DNA of 64,000 nucleotides from Alphaproteobacteria bacterium (GTDB lineage: Bacteria; Pseudomonadota; Alphaproteobacteria; UBA828). The stretch covers positions 1,152,001-1,216,000 of the forward strand of contig OZ243972.1 of NCBI GenBank assembly GCA_965214705.1, written 5' to 3'. The translations under genes were made by a program, and so were the position numbers. The notes beneath the pieces are model-generated. The model saw only the letters and a program-made list of their open reading frames with translations, had not been told where the DNA came from and searched no databases. Positions 44,631 to 56,064 of the stretch are shown piece by piece. Position 1 is the stretch's first letter, and each line of letters begins with the position of its first letter.

Positions 44631-46120
44631 CAGAAGCGGGGCAGGTCGGGGAACGGCGTCTCGCCGCGGTGGACGTGCATCTGGCCGAGCTCGGCGCAGC
44701 GATGCAGCGTCGGGAAGACCTTTCCGGGGTTGAGCAACTGGTCGGGATCGAAGGCGCACTTGATCCGCTGTTGCTGCTTGAGATCGTCCTCGCTGAACAT
44801 CGTGCCCATCAGGTCGCGCTTCTCAACGCCGACCCCATGCTCGCCCGTGAGAACGCCGCCCACCTCGACACAGAGCTTGAGGATCTCCGAGCCCATCTCC
44901 TCGGTGCGCTGAAGGGCACCGGGGATGCTGGAATCGTACATGATGAGCGGATGCAGGTTGCCGTCGCCCGCGTGGAAGACATTGGCGACCGGCAGGTCGT
45001 ATTCGCGGGAGAGCTCGCCGATCCGGGTCAGCACCTCGGGCAGGCGCGCGCGCGGAATGGTGCCGTCCATGACGTAGTAGTCGGGCGCCATGCGGCCTGC
45101 GGCGCCGAAGGCGGACTTGCGGCCGAGCCAGAAGCGCTCGCGCTCCTCCTCGCTCGTGCTCGCGCGGATCGTCGTCGCTCCCGACTTCCGGGCGAGGCCG
45201 CCGACGAGCGCGACGAGCTCGTCGACCTCGACCTCGGGCCCGTCCAGCTCGCAGATCAGGATCGCCGCGACGTCCATGGGATAGCCGGGCTGACAGAAGC
45301 TTTCCGCCGCCTCGATCGCCGGCTTGTCCATCATCTCCAGGCCGGCGGGAATGATTCCGGCAGCGATGATCTCGCCCACGCAGGCGCCGGCCGATGCGTT
45401 GTCGGGGAAGCCGAGCAAGAGCGCGCGCACCGTGGCGGGCTTGGGCAGCAGCCGCACCGTCACCTCGGTGACGACCCCGAGAAGCCCCTCGGAGCCGGTC
45501 ACCACGCCAAGCAGGTCATAGCCCTCGGCATCGAACTGCTTGCCGCCGAGGCGCAGGACCTCGCCGTCCATCAGCACCAGCTCGACGCCGAGCAGGTTGT
45601 TGGTGGTGAGCCCATACTTGAGGCAGTGCACGCCGCCGGAATTCTCGGCCACGTTGCCGCCGATGGAGCAGGCGATCTGGCTGGAGGGGTCCGGCGCATA
45701 GTAGAAGCCGTAGGGGCTGACCGCCGTGCTGATGGCAAGATTGGCGACGCCCGGTTGGACCACGGCGCAGCGGTTGGCGGTATCGATTTCGAGGACCCGG
45801 TTGAGCTTGCCGAAGCCCACGGTGACCCCGTCGGCAAGCGGCAGGGCGCCGCCGGAAAGCCCGGTGCCGGCGCCGCGCGGCACGATCTTGACGCCGCGTT
45901 CGTGGCAGAGCGCCAGCACGCGGCTGACTTCCTGCGTATCGCGCGGCAGGACGACGACCATCGGCAGCGACCGGTAGGCGCTGAGGCCGTCGCACTCGAA
46001 GGGGCGCAAGCCCCGTTCGTCGTCGATCACGCAGTCCTCGGGCAGCAGCTTGCGCAGAGCCGCGACCAGGGACTGGCGCTGGCTGATGACGCCCGCGTCG
46101 GGCTCAGGCATGGCGATCAC
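44630..46120 (-). CDS. glcD: Glycolate oxidase subunit GlcD
   Basis: RGAGTGLSGG, APDPSSQIACSIGGNVAENSGG, HAGDGNLHP, GEHGVG. Confidence 0.95.
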   Translation of the reverse strand: MIAMPEPDAGVISQRQSLVAALRKLLPEDCVIDDERGLRPFECDGLSAYRSLPMVVVLPRDTQEVSRVLALCHERGVKIVPRGAGTGLSGGALPLADGVTVGFGKLNRVLEIDTANRCAVVQPGVANLAISTAVSPYGFYYAPDPSSQIACSIGGNVAENSGGVHCLKYGLTTNNLLGVELVLMDGEVLRLGGKQFDAEGYDLLGVVTGSEGLLGVVTEVTVRLLPKPATVRALLLGFPDNASAGACVGEIIAAGIIPAGLEMMDKPAIEAAESFCQPGYPMDVAAILICELDGPEVEVDELVALVGGLARKSGATTIRASTSEEERERFWLGRKSAFGAAGRMAPDYYVMDGTIPRARLPEVLTRIGELSREYDLPVANVFHAGDGNLHPLIMYDSSIPGALQRTEEMGSEILKLCVEVGGVLTGEHGVGVEKRDLMGTMFSEDDLKQQQRIKCAFDPDQLLNPGKVFPTLHRCAELGQMHVHRGETPFPDLPRF

Positions 46121-46235
46121 GGCAGCACCTTTCGGAGCCCGGCGAGGACCCTCCCTTGTGAGCGTGACGGATTGTCGGTGCGCACGTGCCGCCCGTCAAT
46201 GCGAGGCGGCGGTGAGCCGGAGCAGCCCTGTGCGG

Positions 46236-46361
46236 TCAGCCCTGGCGCGCCTTGAAGCGCGGGTTGCGCTTGTTGATGACCAGCACGCGCCCCTTGCGCC
46301 GCACGATCTGGCAGTCCTTGTGGCGCTTCTTGGCGGCGCGCAGCGAGTTGAAGACCTTCAT
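46236..46361 (-). CDS. rpmJ: 50S ribosomal protein L36 (type B, zinc-independent), not in ORF track
   Basis: [41 protein letters not shown] (41 aa) with GGAGGGG SD. Confidence 0.95.
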   Translation of the reverse strand: MKVFNSLRAAKKRHKDCQIVRRKGRVLVINKRNPRFKARQG

Positions 46362-46426
46362 CTCATCCCCTCCCGGCAAGGCGGCGCACCATAGGGAGCG
46401 CCCTGGTCCCTGTCAATCGGCACTGC

Positions 46427-47281
46427 CTACGCTTGGCGGAGCGTCTGGCGCTGGCGGCCGAGGCCTTCGACTTCGAGCTCCATCACGTCGCCGGGCTTGA
46501 GGTAGACCGGCGGCTTCATGCCCATGCCGACGCCGGGCGGCGTGCCGGTCGAGATCAGATCGCCGGCGTCCAGCACCATGAACTGGCTGAGATAGTGCAC
46601 GAGGTGGGCCATGCCGAAGATCATCGTGGCCGTGCTGCCGGTCTGGCGCACCTCGCCGTTTACCGTGAGCGACATGGCGAGGCTCTGCGGATCAGCGATC
46701 TCCTCGGGCGTGACCAGCCACGGCCCGGTCGGGCAGAAGGTCCGTGCCGACTTTCCCTTGATCCAGGTGGGGCCGCGTTGGAGCTGGAAGTCGCGCTCGG
46801 AGACATCGTTGCAGATGCAGTACCCGGCGACATGGTCGAGCGCCGCCGCCTCGTCGGGCAGATACTCGCAGGTGCGGCCGATCACCACGCCGAGCTCGAC
46901 CTCCCAGTCGGTCTTCGTGCTGCCGCGCGGGATCAGCACATCGTCGTCCGGCCCACTGTAGGAGCTCGGCGCTTTGGAGAAGACCACCGGCTCCGTCGGA
47001 ATATCCATCCCCGCCTCCTTGGCGTGGTCGGCGAAGTTGAGGCCGATGGCGATGATGTGGCCGGGCCGCGCCACCGGCGGGCCGATCCGTGTGCCGGGCT
47101 CGACGCTCGGGAAGCGATCCGTGCCCTCGCCCAAGGCTTTCGCCAGCCGGTCGATGCCGCCGCCTTCGAGCCAGGCACCGTCGATCTCGCCGACCGCGCT
47201 CGATACGTCGATGATGGTTCCGTCGTCCAGCATCACGGCCGGCCGCTCGGCGCCCGCCTCGCCAACACGCAACAGCTTCAT
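46427..47281 (-). CDS. Fumarylacetoacetate hydrolase family protein
   Basis: IGLNFADH, DWEVELG, NDVSER, KGKS, GPWLVT, STGTPPGVG. Confidence 0.92.
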   Translation of the reverse strand: MKLLRVGEAGAERPAVMLDDGTIIDVSSAVGEIDGAWLEGGGIDRLAKALGEGTDRFPSVEPGTRIGPPVARPGHIIAIGLNFADHAKEAGMDIPTEPVVFSKAPSSYSGPDDDVLIPRGSTKTDWEVELGVVIGRTCEYLPDEAAALDHVAGYCICNDVSERDFQLQRGPTWIKGKSARTFCPTGPWLVTPEEIADPQSLAMSLTVNGEVRQTGSTATMIFGMAHLVHYLSQFMVLDAGDLISTGTPPGVGMGMKPPVYLKPGDVMELEVEGLGRQRQTLRQA

Positions 47282-47466
47282 CGGTTCTCTCCCGGGTCTG
47301 AAACCGCGCGCACTATACCAGCGGGCCCGGGCTGTACCAGTCCGGTGAGACGGTTGCGCTTGCCGCGCTCTTCTGGCACTTTCCGGCCCGCCGGCGGGGC
47401 CGCCCCGGCGCGCGCAGCCGCGTGCACCAAGTGCCTTCTTCCCCATCGCTCAACGAGGTTGCCACC

Positions 47467-49560
47467 ATGTCAGCAATCCTTTGGTTTGCCGTGGCCAGCG
47501 GACTGGTCGCGCTCGCCTATGGTCTCTACGCCACCCGGTCGGTCTTGAGCGCGAGCGCCGGCACCGAGCGCATGCAGGAGATCGCCGGTGCCGTGCAGGA
47601 AGGCGCGCGGGCCTACCTCAACCGCCAGTACCTGACGATTTCGCTCGTCGGCTTGGTGCTGTTCGGCATTCTGACCGGCCTGCTCGGCTACCTGGTGGGC
47701 ATCGGCTTCCTCATTGGCGCGGTTCTGTCCGGCGCGGCCGGCTATATCGGAATGCACGTCTCGGTGCGGGCCAACGTGCGGACCGCCGATGCGGCCAGAA
47801 CCGGCGGGCTCAAGCCGGCGCTCGGCGTCGCTTTCCGCTCCGGCGCCATCACCGGCCTCCTGGTGGTGGGCCTCGGCCTGCTCGGCGTCGCGGTCTACTA
47901 CGCGATACTTCTGATCGCGGATGTCGAGACCAAGACCGTGCTGGAGGCGCTCGTGGCGCTCGGCTTCGGCGGCTCGTTGATCTCGATCTTCGCGCGGCTG
48001 GGCGGCGGTATCTTCACCAAGGGCGCTGATGTCGGCGCCGATCTAGTCGGCAAGGTGGAAGCCGGCATCCCCGAGGACGACCCGCGCAACCCGGCCGTGA
48101 TCGCTGACAACGTGGGCGACAACGTGGGCGACTGCGCCGGCATGGCGGCGGACCTCTTCGAGACCTACGCCGTCACTATCGTCGCCACCATGCTGCTGGC
48201 GGCGGTGTTCTTCACCGGAGAATTGCAGAAATCGCTCATGCTTTATCCGCTGGCGATTGGCGGTGCCTGCATCCTGGCCTCCGTGATCGGCACCTTCTTC
48301 GTCCGCCTCGGCAAGAGCCAGAAGATCATGCCTGCGCTCTATCGCGGCTTCCTGGTCTCGGCTGTGCTGTCTGCCGTCGCGTTCTATCCAATTACCGACT
48401 GGGTAGTTGGCTGGGACACCGAGTTCACCGTGAGCGGTGTGACGGCCTCGGGCCTCGATCTCTTCCTCTGCGGGCTGATCGGACTGGTGGTGACCGGCCT
48501 CATGATCTGGGTCACCGAGTATTACACATCGACCGAGTTCGGACCGGTGCGCGGCATCGCCAAGGCATCGACCACGGGCGATGCCACCAACATCATCCAG
48601 GGGCTTGCAGTCTCGATGCAGGCGACGGCGATCCCCGCGATCATCATCGCGGCGGGAATCATCCTCGCCTTCCTCGCCGCCGGCCTCTTCGGCATCGCGG
48701 TGGCGGTCACGGCGATGTTGGCGCTCGCCGGCATGGTGGTGGCCCTGGATGCCTACGGCCCGGTGACCGACAACGCCGGCGGCATCGCCGAGATGGCCGA
48801 GCTGGACGAGGACGTGCGCAAGACGACCGACGCGCTGGATGCGGTCGGCAACACCACGAAGGCGGTGACCAAGGGCTATGCCATCGCGTCTGCCGGTCTC
48901 GCCGCGCTTGTGCTCTTCGCCGCCTACACCGAAGACGTGGTGCGATACTTCCCAGGGGTGGAGCTCGACTTCTCGCTGAGCAATCCCTATGTGGTCGTCG
49001 GCCTCTTCTTCGGCGGCCTCCTGCCCTTCCTCTTCGGCTCCATGGCGATGCTTGCGGTGGGCCGCGCCGCGGGTTCCGTGGTGCTCGAGGTGCGCCGGCA
49101 GTTCAGGGAGATCCCCGGCATCATGGAAGGGACCGGCAAGCCGGAGTACGGCCGCGCTGTCGATCTGCTCACCAAGTCGGCCATCCGCGAGATGATTCTG
49201 CCTTCGCTGCTACCGATCCTGGCGCCAATCCTGCTCTACATCGTGATCTGGGCGATTGCCGGCCAGTCAGCGGGCTTCTCGGCGCTGGGTGCGGCGCTCA
49301 TGGGCACGATCGTGACCGGGCTCTTCCTCGCCATCGCGATGACCGCCGGCGGCGGCGCATGGGATAACGCCAAGAAGTACATCGAGGACGGCAACCACGG
49401 CGGCAAGGGTTCGGACAGCCACAAAGCGGCGGTCACGGGCGACACCGTGGGCGATCCCTACAAGGACACCGCCGGGCCCGCCATCAACCCGATGATCAAG
49501 ATCACCAACATCGTGGCGATCTTGCTGCTGGCCATCATCGCGAAGTTCGTCGCCGGTTGA
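47467..49560 (+). CDS. hppA: Membrane proton-translocating pyrophosphatase (K+-independent type)
   Basis: [34 protein letters not shown] (Lys marks the K+-independent type), [10 protein letters not shown]. Confidence 0.96.
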   Translation: MSAILWFAVASGLVALAYGLYATRSVLSASAGTERMQEIAGAVQEGARAYLNRQYLTISLVGLVLFGILTGLLGYLVGIGFLIGAVLSGAAGYIGMHVSVRANVRTADAARTGGLKPALGVAFRSGAITGLLVVGLGLLGVAVYYAILLIADVETKTVLEALVALGFGGSLISIFARLGGGIFTKGADVGADLVGKVEAGIPEDDPRNPAVIADNVGDNVGDCAGMAADLFETYAVTIVATMLLAAVFFTGELQKSLMLYPLAIGGACILASVIGTFFVRLGKSQKIMPALYRGFLVSAVLSAVAFYPITDWVVGWDTEFTVSGVTASGLDLFLCGLIGLVVTGLMIWVTEYYTSTEFGPVRGIAKASTTGDATNIIQGLAVSMQATAIPAIIIAAGIILAFLAAGLFGIAVAVTAMLALAGMVVALDAYGPVTDNAGGIAEMAELDEDVRKTTDALDAVGNTTKAVTKGYAIASAGLAALVLFAAYTEDVVRYFPGVELDFSLSNPYVVVGLFFGGLLPFLFGSMAMLAVGRAAGSVVLEVRRQFREIPGIMEGTGKPEYGRAVDLLTKSAIREMILPSLLPILAPILLYIVIWAIAGQSAGFSALGAALMGTIVTGLFLAIAMTAGGGAWDNAKKYIEDGNHGGKGSDSHKAAVTGDTVGDPYKDTAGPAINPMIKITNIVAILLLAIIAKFVAG

Positions 49561-49601
49561 TGCACCGAAGCGCGGGAGGGGGAGCGACGGGGGAAGCCGC
49601 C

Positions 49602-50093
49602 CTACTGGCTTCTCGGAGCCGGCCGGCCGATGTTGCCGAAGAGCTGCTCCAGCAGGCCGAGCTCGCGGCCGCGCGTCGCGGTCTCCTCGTCAATCGGCAC
49701 GACTGCGCGTGCCTCTTCGGTCGATACCGACGTGACCTCAGCCACGACGCCGCTCTCGTCGAAGGCAATCACGATGACGCTTTGGTCGACCAGTTCGGGC
49801 GCGTTGAACGCCTCCGTCTCCGTGCGACGGCTGATGTAGTACCAGCGCGCGTCGTCGAAGGTCCCCACCGCCGACGGCGTGCCCAGCAGGCGCGCGACCT
49901 CCGCGCGGGTCTGCACGCCGGGCTTGATCTCGGCCAAGGCTTCGGAATCGCTGACATGGCCTTGCTGATGGACGATCGGCGTGCAGCCGGCGACAAGCGC
50001 CGCCGCCAACGCGCAGCCCAGCAAGGCGCGTCCGCCGCGCCAGCCTGGCGCGCGCGCTGCGGCACTCACTGCGTGTCTGCGCCGGAGCCTCAT
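49602..50093 (-). CDS. bamE: Outer membrane protein assembly factor BamE (SmpA/OmlA)
   Basis: Lipobox VAGC, EVARLLGTPS, WYYIS, LLEQLFGNIG. Confidence 0.88.
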   Translation of the reverse strand: MRLRRRHAVSAAARAPGWRGGRALLGCALAAALVAGCTPIVHQQGHVSDSEALAEIKPGVQTRAEVARLLGTPSAVGTFDDARWYYISRRTETEAFNAPELVDQSVIVIAFDESGVVAEVTSVSTEEARAVVPIDEETATRGRELGLLEQLFGNIGRPAPRSQ

Positions 50094-50167
50094 GGGAACC
50101 ACCTCCGCTCGCCGAGCCGCGCCAACCTGCGCGCGTTGTCGGGGCGTGTCAACGGCGCGCGCGGGGT

Positions 50168-50776
50168 ATGGCGGAACGGGCCGTCATGGCGGTCGGGCGC
50201 GTCTGGCACCATCTGAAAGGGCGCAAGCGCCGGCGTGAGGCGGCCCGCCGTCTCTATACGGTAGCAGTACGTCAGGCGCGCGATCCGATCCTCTACACCG
50301 AGGGCGGGGTTGCCGACACGCTCGATGGCCGCTTCGACCTGATCGTGCTGCACGTGGTGCCGGTGATGCGCAGGCTGCGCCAGTGCGACGACGCAGGCCG
50401 GCAACTGAGCCAGGCGCTCTTCGACGTGATGTTCGACGACATGGACCAAAGCCTGCGGGAGATGGGCGTCGGCGACCTGCGCGTCGGCAAGCGGGTGAAA
50501 CAGATGGCGCGCGCCTTCTACGGGCGCGCCAAGGCCTACGACCAGGCATTCGAGCAGGCGCCAGGGGCGGAACGCCGCCAAGCCATCGCCGAGGCGCTGG
50601 AGCGCAACGTCTTCAACAACGAACCGCCGCCCGCCGCCCGCGTGCTCGCGATGGCCGCCTATGTCGAGACGATTCTGGACGCACTCGATGGACAAAACGC
50701 GGAGACGCTGCTCGGCGGCGAGGTTGAGCTGCCCCTCGTGCACCCGCTCGCGGCTGCGGCGGAAGGCGGCCGGTGA
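50168..50776 (+). CDS. Ubiquinol-cytochrome c chaperone (Cbp3 family)
   Basis: VADTLDGRFDLIVLH, DMDQSLREMGVGD, AFYGR. Confidence 0.9.
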   Translation: MAERAVMAVGRVWHHLKGRKRRREAARRLYTVAVRQARDPILYTEGGVADTLDGRFDLIVLHVVPVMRRLRQCDDAGRQLSQALFDVMFDDMDQSLREMGVGDLRVGKRVKQMARAFYGRAKAYDQAFEQAPGAERRQAIAEALERNVFNNEPPPAARVLAMAAYVETILDALDGQNAETLLGGEVELPLVHPLAAAAEGGR

Positions 50777-51345
50777 GCGCTGACGCACGCGCCGGAGCCG
50801 AGAGCCGGCTCCTGGTCACGGCAGACGAGGTGGGGCGCTCCGGTCTCACTGTTGCGTTCGAGGCCGGCGAGGCGGAGAGGGAGGCGCTCGCGCGCCGCCT
50901 GGACCTGCTGGGGTTGGACGCGCTCACGGCAGAGCTCCGCTTCGCGCTGGCCAACGAGGCGGACGGTGCCATCCGTGTGAGCGGGGCGATCGACGCGCGG
51001 CTGGTTCAGCGTTGCGTCGTGACGCTCGAGCCCGTGCCGCGCTCGGTGAACGAGCCTGTCTCCGCCCTCTACGCGCCACCGCCCGCCGAGCAGCCCGAGC
51101 ACGAGGTCGAAGTCTCGGCGGAAGGTGACGAGGCCGAGCCACTACCCGAGGACGGTATCGATGTAGGCGCGCTGGTGGCGGAGCATCTCGCCCTTATCCT
51201 GGATCCCTATCCGCGCCATCCCGATGCGCCGGACGGGCCGCTCACCTACGCGGCGGGCGAGGATGGACCCAAAAAGGGTGTGCCGGACGACGAAGGAGAC
51301 ACCGGACCCTTCGCGGCGCTTGGCCAACTCAAAAGCAAGTTGTAA
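50773..51345 (+). CDS. yceD: DUF177/YceD family protein
   Basis: EREALARRL, QRCVVTLEP, LALILDPYPR, PFAALGQL; directly upstream of rpmF. Confidence 0.88.
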   Translation: MSADARAGAESRLLVTADEVGRSGLTVAFEAGEAEREALARRLDLLGLDALTAELRFALANEADGAIRVSGAIDARLVQRCVVTLEPVPRSVNEPVSALYAPPPAEQPEHEVEVSAEGDEAEPLPEDGIDVGALVAEHLALILDPYPRHPDAPDGPLTYAAGEDGPKKGVPDDEGDTGPFAALGQLKSKL

Positions 51346-51439
51346 TGTGCGACTCTATTGTGTAGTGCCGGCGCAATTGGTGCGCTGCCGTTGAAGCGGC
51401 GGCGCGGTGCCCGCGCAGTCAAGCGATGAGAACCTGTCC

Positions 51440-51619
51440 ATGGCCGTCCCAAAAAAGAAAGTGTCCCGCGCACGCCGCGGCAACCGTCGTTCCCACGACG
51501 CGTTGGCCAAGGTCAACCCGACGGAATGCCCCAATTGCGGCGAGCACAAGCTGCCCCACCACGTGTGTCGGGCCTGCGGCTACTACAGGGGCCGCGAGGT
51601 GATCGAGGGCGAGGTCTAG
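51440..51619 (+). CDS. rpmF: 50S ribosomal protein L32
   Basis: [32 protein letters not shown]. Confidence 0.97.
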   Translation: MAVPKKKVSRARRGNRRSHDALAKVNPTECPNCGEHKLPHHVCRACGYYRGREVIEGEV

Positions 51620-51650
51620 CCCCATACCAGGCCGACACGAAGGCCCGCAG

Positions 51651-52703
51651 ATGAGCAACTCGGAGATCGTAATCGCCCTCGACGCAATGGGTGGCGATGG
51701 TGCTCCCGACGTGGTGATCAGGGGCGCCAACATCGCCCGCGTGCGCCATCCGCAACTCCGCTTCAAGTTCTTCGGCAAGGAGTCGGCCATCACTGCGGGC
51801 TTGGCGAAATTCAAGCGCCTGAAGTCGGTCAGCACCGTCCACCATGCCGAGAAGGTGATCGCCGACAACGACAAGCTCGTCCAGGTGTTGCGCCAGCGCC
51901 AGGCATCGAGCATGCGGCTCGCCATCGACGCCGTCGGGGAGAATACGGCGGACGGTGTGGTTTCGGCGGGCAACACCGGCGCGCTCATGGCGCTCGCCAA
52001 GGTCACGCTCAAGACCCTGCCGGGGATCGGGCGTCCCGCGATGGGATCGGTCTTCCCTACGGTGCGGGGCGAGAGCGTGATGCTCGACCTCGGCGCCAAT
52101 ATTGATTGCGATTCGGCAACGCTCGCGCAGTTCGCCGTGATGGGGGAGGTCTTCGCGCGCAACGTTCTCGGCGTGCGCGAGCCCACGGTGGGCCTGCTCA
52201 ACATCGGCACCGAGGAGCTGAAGGGCTCTGAGACTATCCGCACGGCGGCCGCGACGCTGCGGGATTCCGGCCTGCCGATCAAATTCCACGGCTTCGTTGA
52301 GGCTGACGACATCGCCGCCGGCACCGTCGACGTGATCGCCACCGACGGCTTCGCCGGCAACATCGCGCTCAAGTCGGCGGAGGGCACGGCGCGCCTCTAC
52401 ACCGAGTACCTCAAGAGCGCCTTCCGGCGCTCACTGTTCTCGCGGCTCGGCTATTTGCTGGCGCGGCCGGCGCTCCGGTTGCTCCGGGAGCGGGTCGACC
52501 CCCGCGCCTACAACGGTGCCATGTTCCTGGGTGTAAACGGGGTCGTGGTGAAGAGCCACGGCGGCACCGATCACAAGGGCTTCGCCAATGCCATCGGCGT
52601 CGCCTTCGACATGGTGAGCCAAGGGATCAATCCCAAGATCATCGACGAACTGTCGCGCCTCCAGCTTGCCGCCCTACCGGAGCCGAAGAGGGCCGCGCTC
52701 TAG
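51651..52703 (+). CDS. plsX: Phosphate acyltransferase PlsX
   Basis: [33 protein letters not shown]. Confidence 0.96.
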   Translation: MSNSEIVIALDAMGGDGAPDVVIRGANIARVRHPQLRFKFFGKESAITAGLAKFKRLKSVSTVHHAEKVIADNDKLVQVLRQRQASSMRLAIDAVGENTADGVVSAGNTGALMALAKVTLKTLPGIGRPAMGSVFPTVRGESVMLDLGANIDCDSATLAQFAVMGEVFARNVLGVREPTVGLLNIGTEELKGSETIRTAAATLRDSGLPIKFHGFVEADDIAAGTVDVIATDGFAGNIALKSAEGTARLYTEYLKSAFRRSLFSRLGYLLARPALRLLRERVDPRAYNGAMFLGVNGVVVKSHGGTDHKGFANAIGVAFDMVSQGINPKIIDELSRLQLAALPEPKRAAL

Positions 52704-52705
52704 CC

Positions 52706-53677
52706 ATGCGCCGCTCCCGGCTGATCGGCTGCGGCGCCTACCTCCCCGAGCGTGTGCTCAGCAACGACGAGCTCAGCACGCGCATCGACACCAGCGACGA
52801 GTGGATCAAGACTCGCACCGGCATCAGGCAGCGGCACGTCGCGGCCGATGACCAGCTGACCTCCGATCTCGCTTGCGAGGCGAGCCGGGCAGCGCTTGAA
52901 GCGGCAGGCGTCAGCGCGGACTCTCTCGACCTCGTGGTGTTGGCGACGTCGACGCCGGACAACACCTTCCCCGCCACCGCGACCAAGGTGCAGGCCAGGC
53001 TCGGCATGACCGGCGGCATCGCCTTCGATGTCCAGGCCGTGTGCGCGGGCTTTGTTTGCGCGCTCTCGGTGGCCGACAGCATGGTCCGAAGCGGCGCGGC
53101 CGACACGGCGCTCATCGTCGGCGCCGAAACCTATTCGCGCATCCTGGACTGGGACGACCGCCAGACCTGCGTGCTCTTCGGCGATGGCGCGGGCGCAGCC
53201 GTGCTGCGCGCAGATACCGGCGCCGGGACCACGGCCGACCGGGGCGTGCTTGCGGTCCGCATGCGTTCCGACGGGCGCCATTACCAGGCGCTCTACGTGG
53301 ACGGCGGTGTCTCCTCCACCCAGACCGCCGGCTACCTGCGAATGCAGGGGCGCGAGGTCTTTCGCCATGCCGTGGCCAATCTGGCGGAGATCGCGGGCGA
53401 GGCGCTGGATGCCGCCGGCGTCGGCGCAGACGACGTCGATTGGCTGGTCCCCCATCAAGCCAACCGCCGGATAATCGATGCAACCGGCAAGAAGCTCGGA
53501 ATTCCGGCGGAAAAGACGATCGTCACCGTGGACCGTCACGCCAATACCTCGTCTGCCTCCATCCCGCTCGCGCTCAAGGCCGGCATCGACGACGGGCGGA
53601 TTACGCCGGGCGATCTGCTGGTTGTCGAGGCGATCGGCGGCGGGCTGGTCTGGGGCGCCGGTGTCATTCGTCTCTAA
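52706..53677 (+). CDS. fabH: 3-oxoacyl-ACP synthase III
   Basis: AVCAGF (Cys), [20 protein letters not shown]. Confidence 0.96.
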   Translation: MRRSRLIGCGAYLPERVLSNDELSTRIDTSDEWIKTRTGIRQRHVAADDQLTSDLACEASRAALEAAGVSADSLDLVVLATSTPDNTFPATATKVQARLGMTGGIAFDVQAVCAGFVCALSVADSMVRSGAADTALIVGAETYSRILDWDDRQTCVLFGDGAGAAVLRADTGAGTTADRGVLAVRMRSDGRHYQALYVDGGVSSTQTAGYLRMQGREVFRHAVANLAEIAGEALDAAGVGADDVDWLVPHQANRRIIDATGKKLGIPAEKTIVTVDRHANTSSASIPLALKAGIDDGRITPGDLLVVEAIGGGLVWGAGVIRL

Positions 53678-53792
53678 AGCGCTGTACCGGGTCAACAATT
53701 ACGCATGGGCCCCGGTTCGGCCCGCGCATGACGGTTGACGGTCCGGCACCGAGGCAGTACCGTGGTGCGGACATAAAGGGAGGCGGGAGACA

Positions 53793-54161
53793 ATGGCCGG
53801 GCGAACGGTCACCCGCGCCGATCTCGCCGAGGCTGTCTTCCGCGAAATCGGCCTGTCACGGAAGGAATCTGCTGATCTGGTCGAATCGGTCCTCGGCCTG
53901 ATCGCCGATGCGCTCGCGCACGGCGAGCCGGTGAAGATTTCCTCCTTCGGCAGCTTCAGCGCGCGGATGAAGGGCCAGCGTATCGGCCGCAATCCCAAGA
54001 CCGGCGAGGAGGTTCCCATCCTGCCGCGCCGCGTGCTGGTCTTCCGCGCCTCACACGTGTTGAAGGACCGCATCAATGGCTCGCTCGCGCCCGTCGAGGA
54101 GGACGAGGGCCTGGAAATAGTTCTGGATAGCGAACGGCCCGACGGGCCGGCCTCTTCCTAG
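53793..54161 (+). CDS. ihfA: Integration host factor subunit alpha
   Basis: [27 protein letters not shown]. Confidence 0.95.
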   Translation: MAGRTVTRADLAEAVFREIGLSRKESADLVESVLGLIADALAHGEPVKISSFGSFSARMKGQRIGRNPKTGEEVPILPRRVLVFRASHVLKDRINGSLAPVEEDEGLEIVLDSERPDGPASS

Positions 54162-54164
54162 GCG

Positions 54165-54578
54165 ATGCCAGGCGCCGAGCCCGCAAGCGCGGGCGTTCCG
54201 AAATCGCCGGATGCGTTCCGCACCATCGGCGAGGTCTCTGAAGAGCTTGCCGTGCCGCAGCACGTTCTGCGCTTCTGGGAGACCAAGTTCCCGCAGGTCA
54301 GGCCACTCAAGCGGGGCGGCGGACGCCGCTACTACCGGCCCGAGGATGTGGCGCTGCTGCGCCACATCCGGCACTTGCTTCACGCCGAGGGATATACCGT
54401 GCGCGGCGTGCAGAAGCTGCTGCGCGAGCGGGCCTCGAGACCGGGCGCCCCACCTCTACTGCCCGATCGGATCGAGGAGGATAGCCCTCTCGCTCCCGAA
54501 GATCGCGCCAAAGCCGCCCAGGTGCTCGACGAGCTCTGCGTTCTCCGTGACCTGCTGCGCGGCCGCACCCGGTCCTGA
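54165..54578 (+). CDS. MerR-family transcriptional regulator
   Basis: [29 protein letters not shown]; conserved downstream of ihfA. Confidence 0.92.
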   Translation: MPGAEPASAGVPKSPDAFRTIGEVSEELAVPQHVLRFWETKFPQVRPLKRGGGRRYYRPEDVALLRHIRHLLHAEGYTVRGVQKLLRERASRPGAPPLLPDRIEEDSPLAPEDRAKAAQVLDELCVLRDLLRGRTRS

Positions 54579-54628
54579 CACACTCTCCGCGCCAACACTC
54601 GGCTAGCCGGGGCGTCCGGTATTCCCGA

Positions 54629-55369
54629 TTACCCGATCGCGGCGAGACCGGGAAAGGCTTCGAGCAGCCAGAAGGCGAAGGAGCTAAGGTAGCCGGTAAT
54701 CAAGGCTGCCCCCATGGCCACCAGAATGACTCCGGCACCGATCTGCAGTGGCCTGCTGATCCTGCGGATGCGCCTCATGTGGCGGAGGAAGAATCCGGTG
54801 AACGCCGCCGCGATCAGGAACGGCACCCCAAGCCCCAGCGAATAGACTGCCAGCAGGCCGACGCCGAGGCCGACATCGGCGGAGGTCGCGGTCAGCGTGA
54901 GGATGCCGCCCAGCACCGGGCCGATGCAGGGAGTCCAGCCGAAGGCGAAGGCCGCACCCAGCAGGAAGGCGCTCGCCGGCTTGCCGCCGGCGAGACGGCC
55001 GGCGAAGCGCGCCTCACGTTCGAAGAACGGGACCCTGATCAGGCCCGTGAGGTAGACGCCGAAGACGATGATTACGGCGCCTGCGACATATTCGAAAATT
55101 GTCTTGTGCTGGAGCAGGAAACCGCCGACGGCGCTCGCGCTCGCCCCGAGGGCCACGAAAACCGCCGTGAAGCCGAGGACGAAGAACGCGCTCAGCATCA
55201 GTGCCGCAAGTCGCCTGCGGGAGAGTCCCTCCTCGTCCCTCAGCTCCTCGAGCGAGCCGCCAGCGACGTAGGAGACGTACCCCGGCACCAGCGGCAGAAC
55301 GCAGGGCGAGAGGAAGGAGATCAGCCCGGCGACGAAGACCGAGACGATGCCGATGGCGGAGAGTTCCAT
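54629..55369 (-). CDS. ccdA: Cytochrome c biogenesis protein CcdA
   Basis: SFLSPCVLPLVP and GWTPCIGP. Confidence 0.93.
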   Translation of the reverse strand: MELSAIGIVSVFVAGLISFLSPCVLPLVPGYVSYVAGGSLEELRDEEGLSRRRLAALMLSAFFVLGFTAVFVALGASASAVGGFLLQHKTIFEYVAGAVIIVFGVYLTGLIRVPFFEREARFAGRLAGGKPASAFLLGAAFAFGWTPCIGPVLGGILTLTATSADVGLGVGLLAVYSLGLGVPFLIAAAFTGFFLRHMRRIRRISRPLQIGAGVILVAMGAALITGYLSSFAFWLLEAFPGLAAIG

Positions 55370-55409
55370 GATCGCCGATCCCGCGAGGGGTGTGCCCGGG
55401 CCTGCGCCG

Positions 55410-55991
55410 CTACTCGACGATGTGGCGCACCAGCTCGATCACGTCCGGGTCGTCCCAGTGTCGATCGCCGAGCACGCGCGCGACCTCCGCGCCCTCGCCG
55501 TCAAAGAAGACCGTGGCGGGAATGCCGTGCACCCGGAGAGCGCGCCCCGCCGCCATTTTCTCGTCGATGAAGATGGGCAGCGTGGTGAGATTGTGGTCGT
55601 TGTAATACCTGCGCACGAGCTTGGCACCGCCGCGGTCGAGCGAGAGCGGAAGGATCACCAGGTCGTCCCCAAGCTCCCGCTGCAGGGCGTCCATCGTCGG
55701 CATCTCGGCGCGGCAGGGGAAGCACCATGTAGCCCAGAAGTGCAGGGCGATCGGCGTGCCGCGATAGTCGGTGAGGTTCTTCTCTTCACCGGCCTCGTCG
55801 ATGAAGGCGATGGGTGGCGGCTCCATCGGCCCGTCGGTCACGACCAGATTGAGGATGGGGCTCCCGTCAATGCGTTTGTCGAGGGCGCGCAGCGTCTCTC
55901 CATCGGCGGCAAGCAGAGCGCCGCCGTAAAGCATTGCGCTGAGCACGGCGACGGCGGCGGTGAGGCGCGCCAAAATTCCAATTTTCTTCAT
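55410..55991 (-). CDS. TlpA/ResA-family thiol-disulfide oxidoreductase
   Basis: N-terminal signal/TM, HFWATWCFPCRAEMP, GIPAT. Confidence 0.9.
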   Translation of the reverse strand: MKKIGILARLTAAVAVLSAMLYGGALLAADGETLRALDKRIDGSPILNLVVTDGPMEPPPIAFIDEAGEEKNLTDYRGTPIALHFWATWCFPCRAEMPTMDALQRELGDDLVILPLSLDRGGAKLVRRYYNDHNLTTLPIFIDEKMAAGRALRVHGIPATVFFDGEGAEVARVLGDRHWDDPDVIELVRHIVE

Positions 55992-56064
55992 GGCTGTCGC
56001 TCCATCTCTGCCAGCCGTCTGCTCGGGCATAGATAGTAACCTCAGAGCGCCCTGCCTAGCGCCG

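Noticed and set aside
46236-46361. Zinc-free L36 as a Zur-regulated paralog
   Set aside because: The type-B form is the usual L36 in alphaproteobacteria, and no Zur box was seen upstream.
54579-54628. tRNA-Pro often found after ihfA-merR
   Set aside because: Only 50 bp of intergenic space and no cloverleaf or TTCGA motif.
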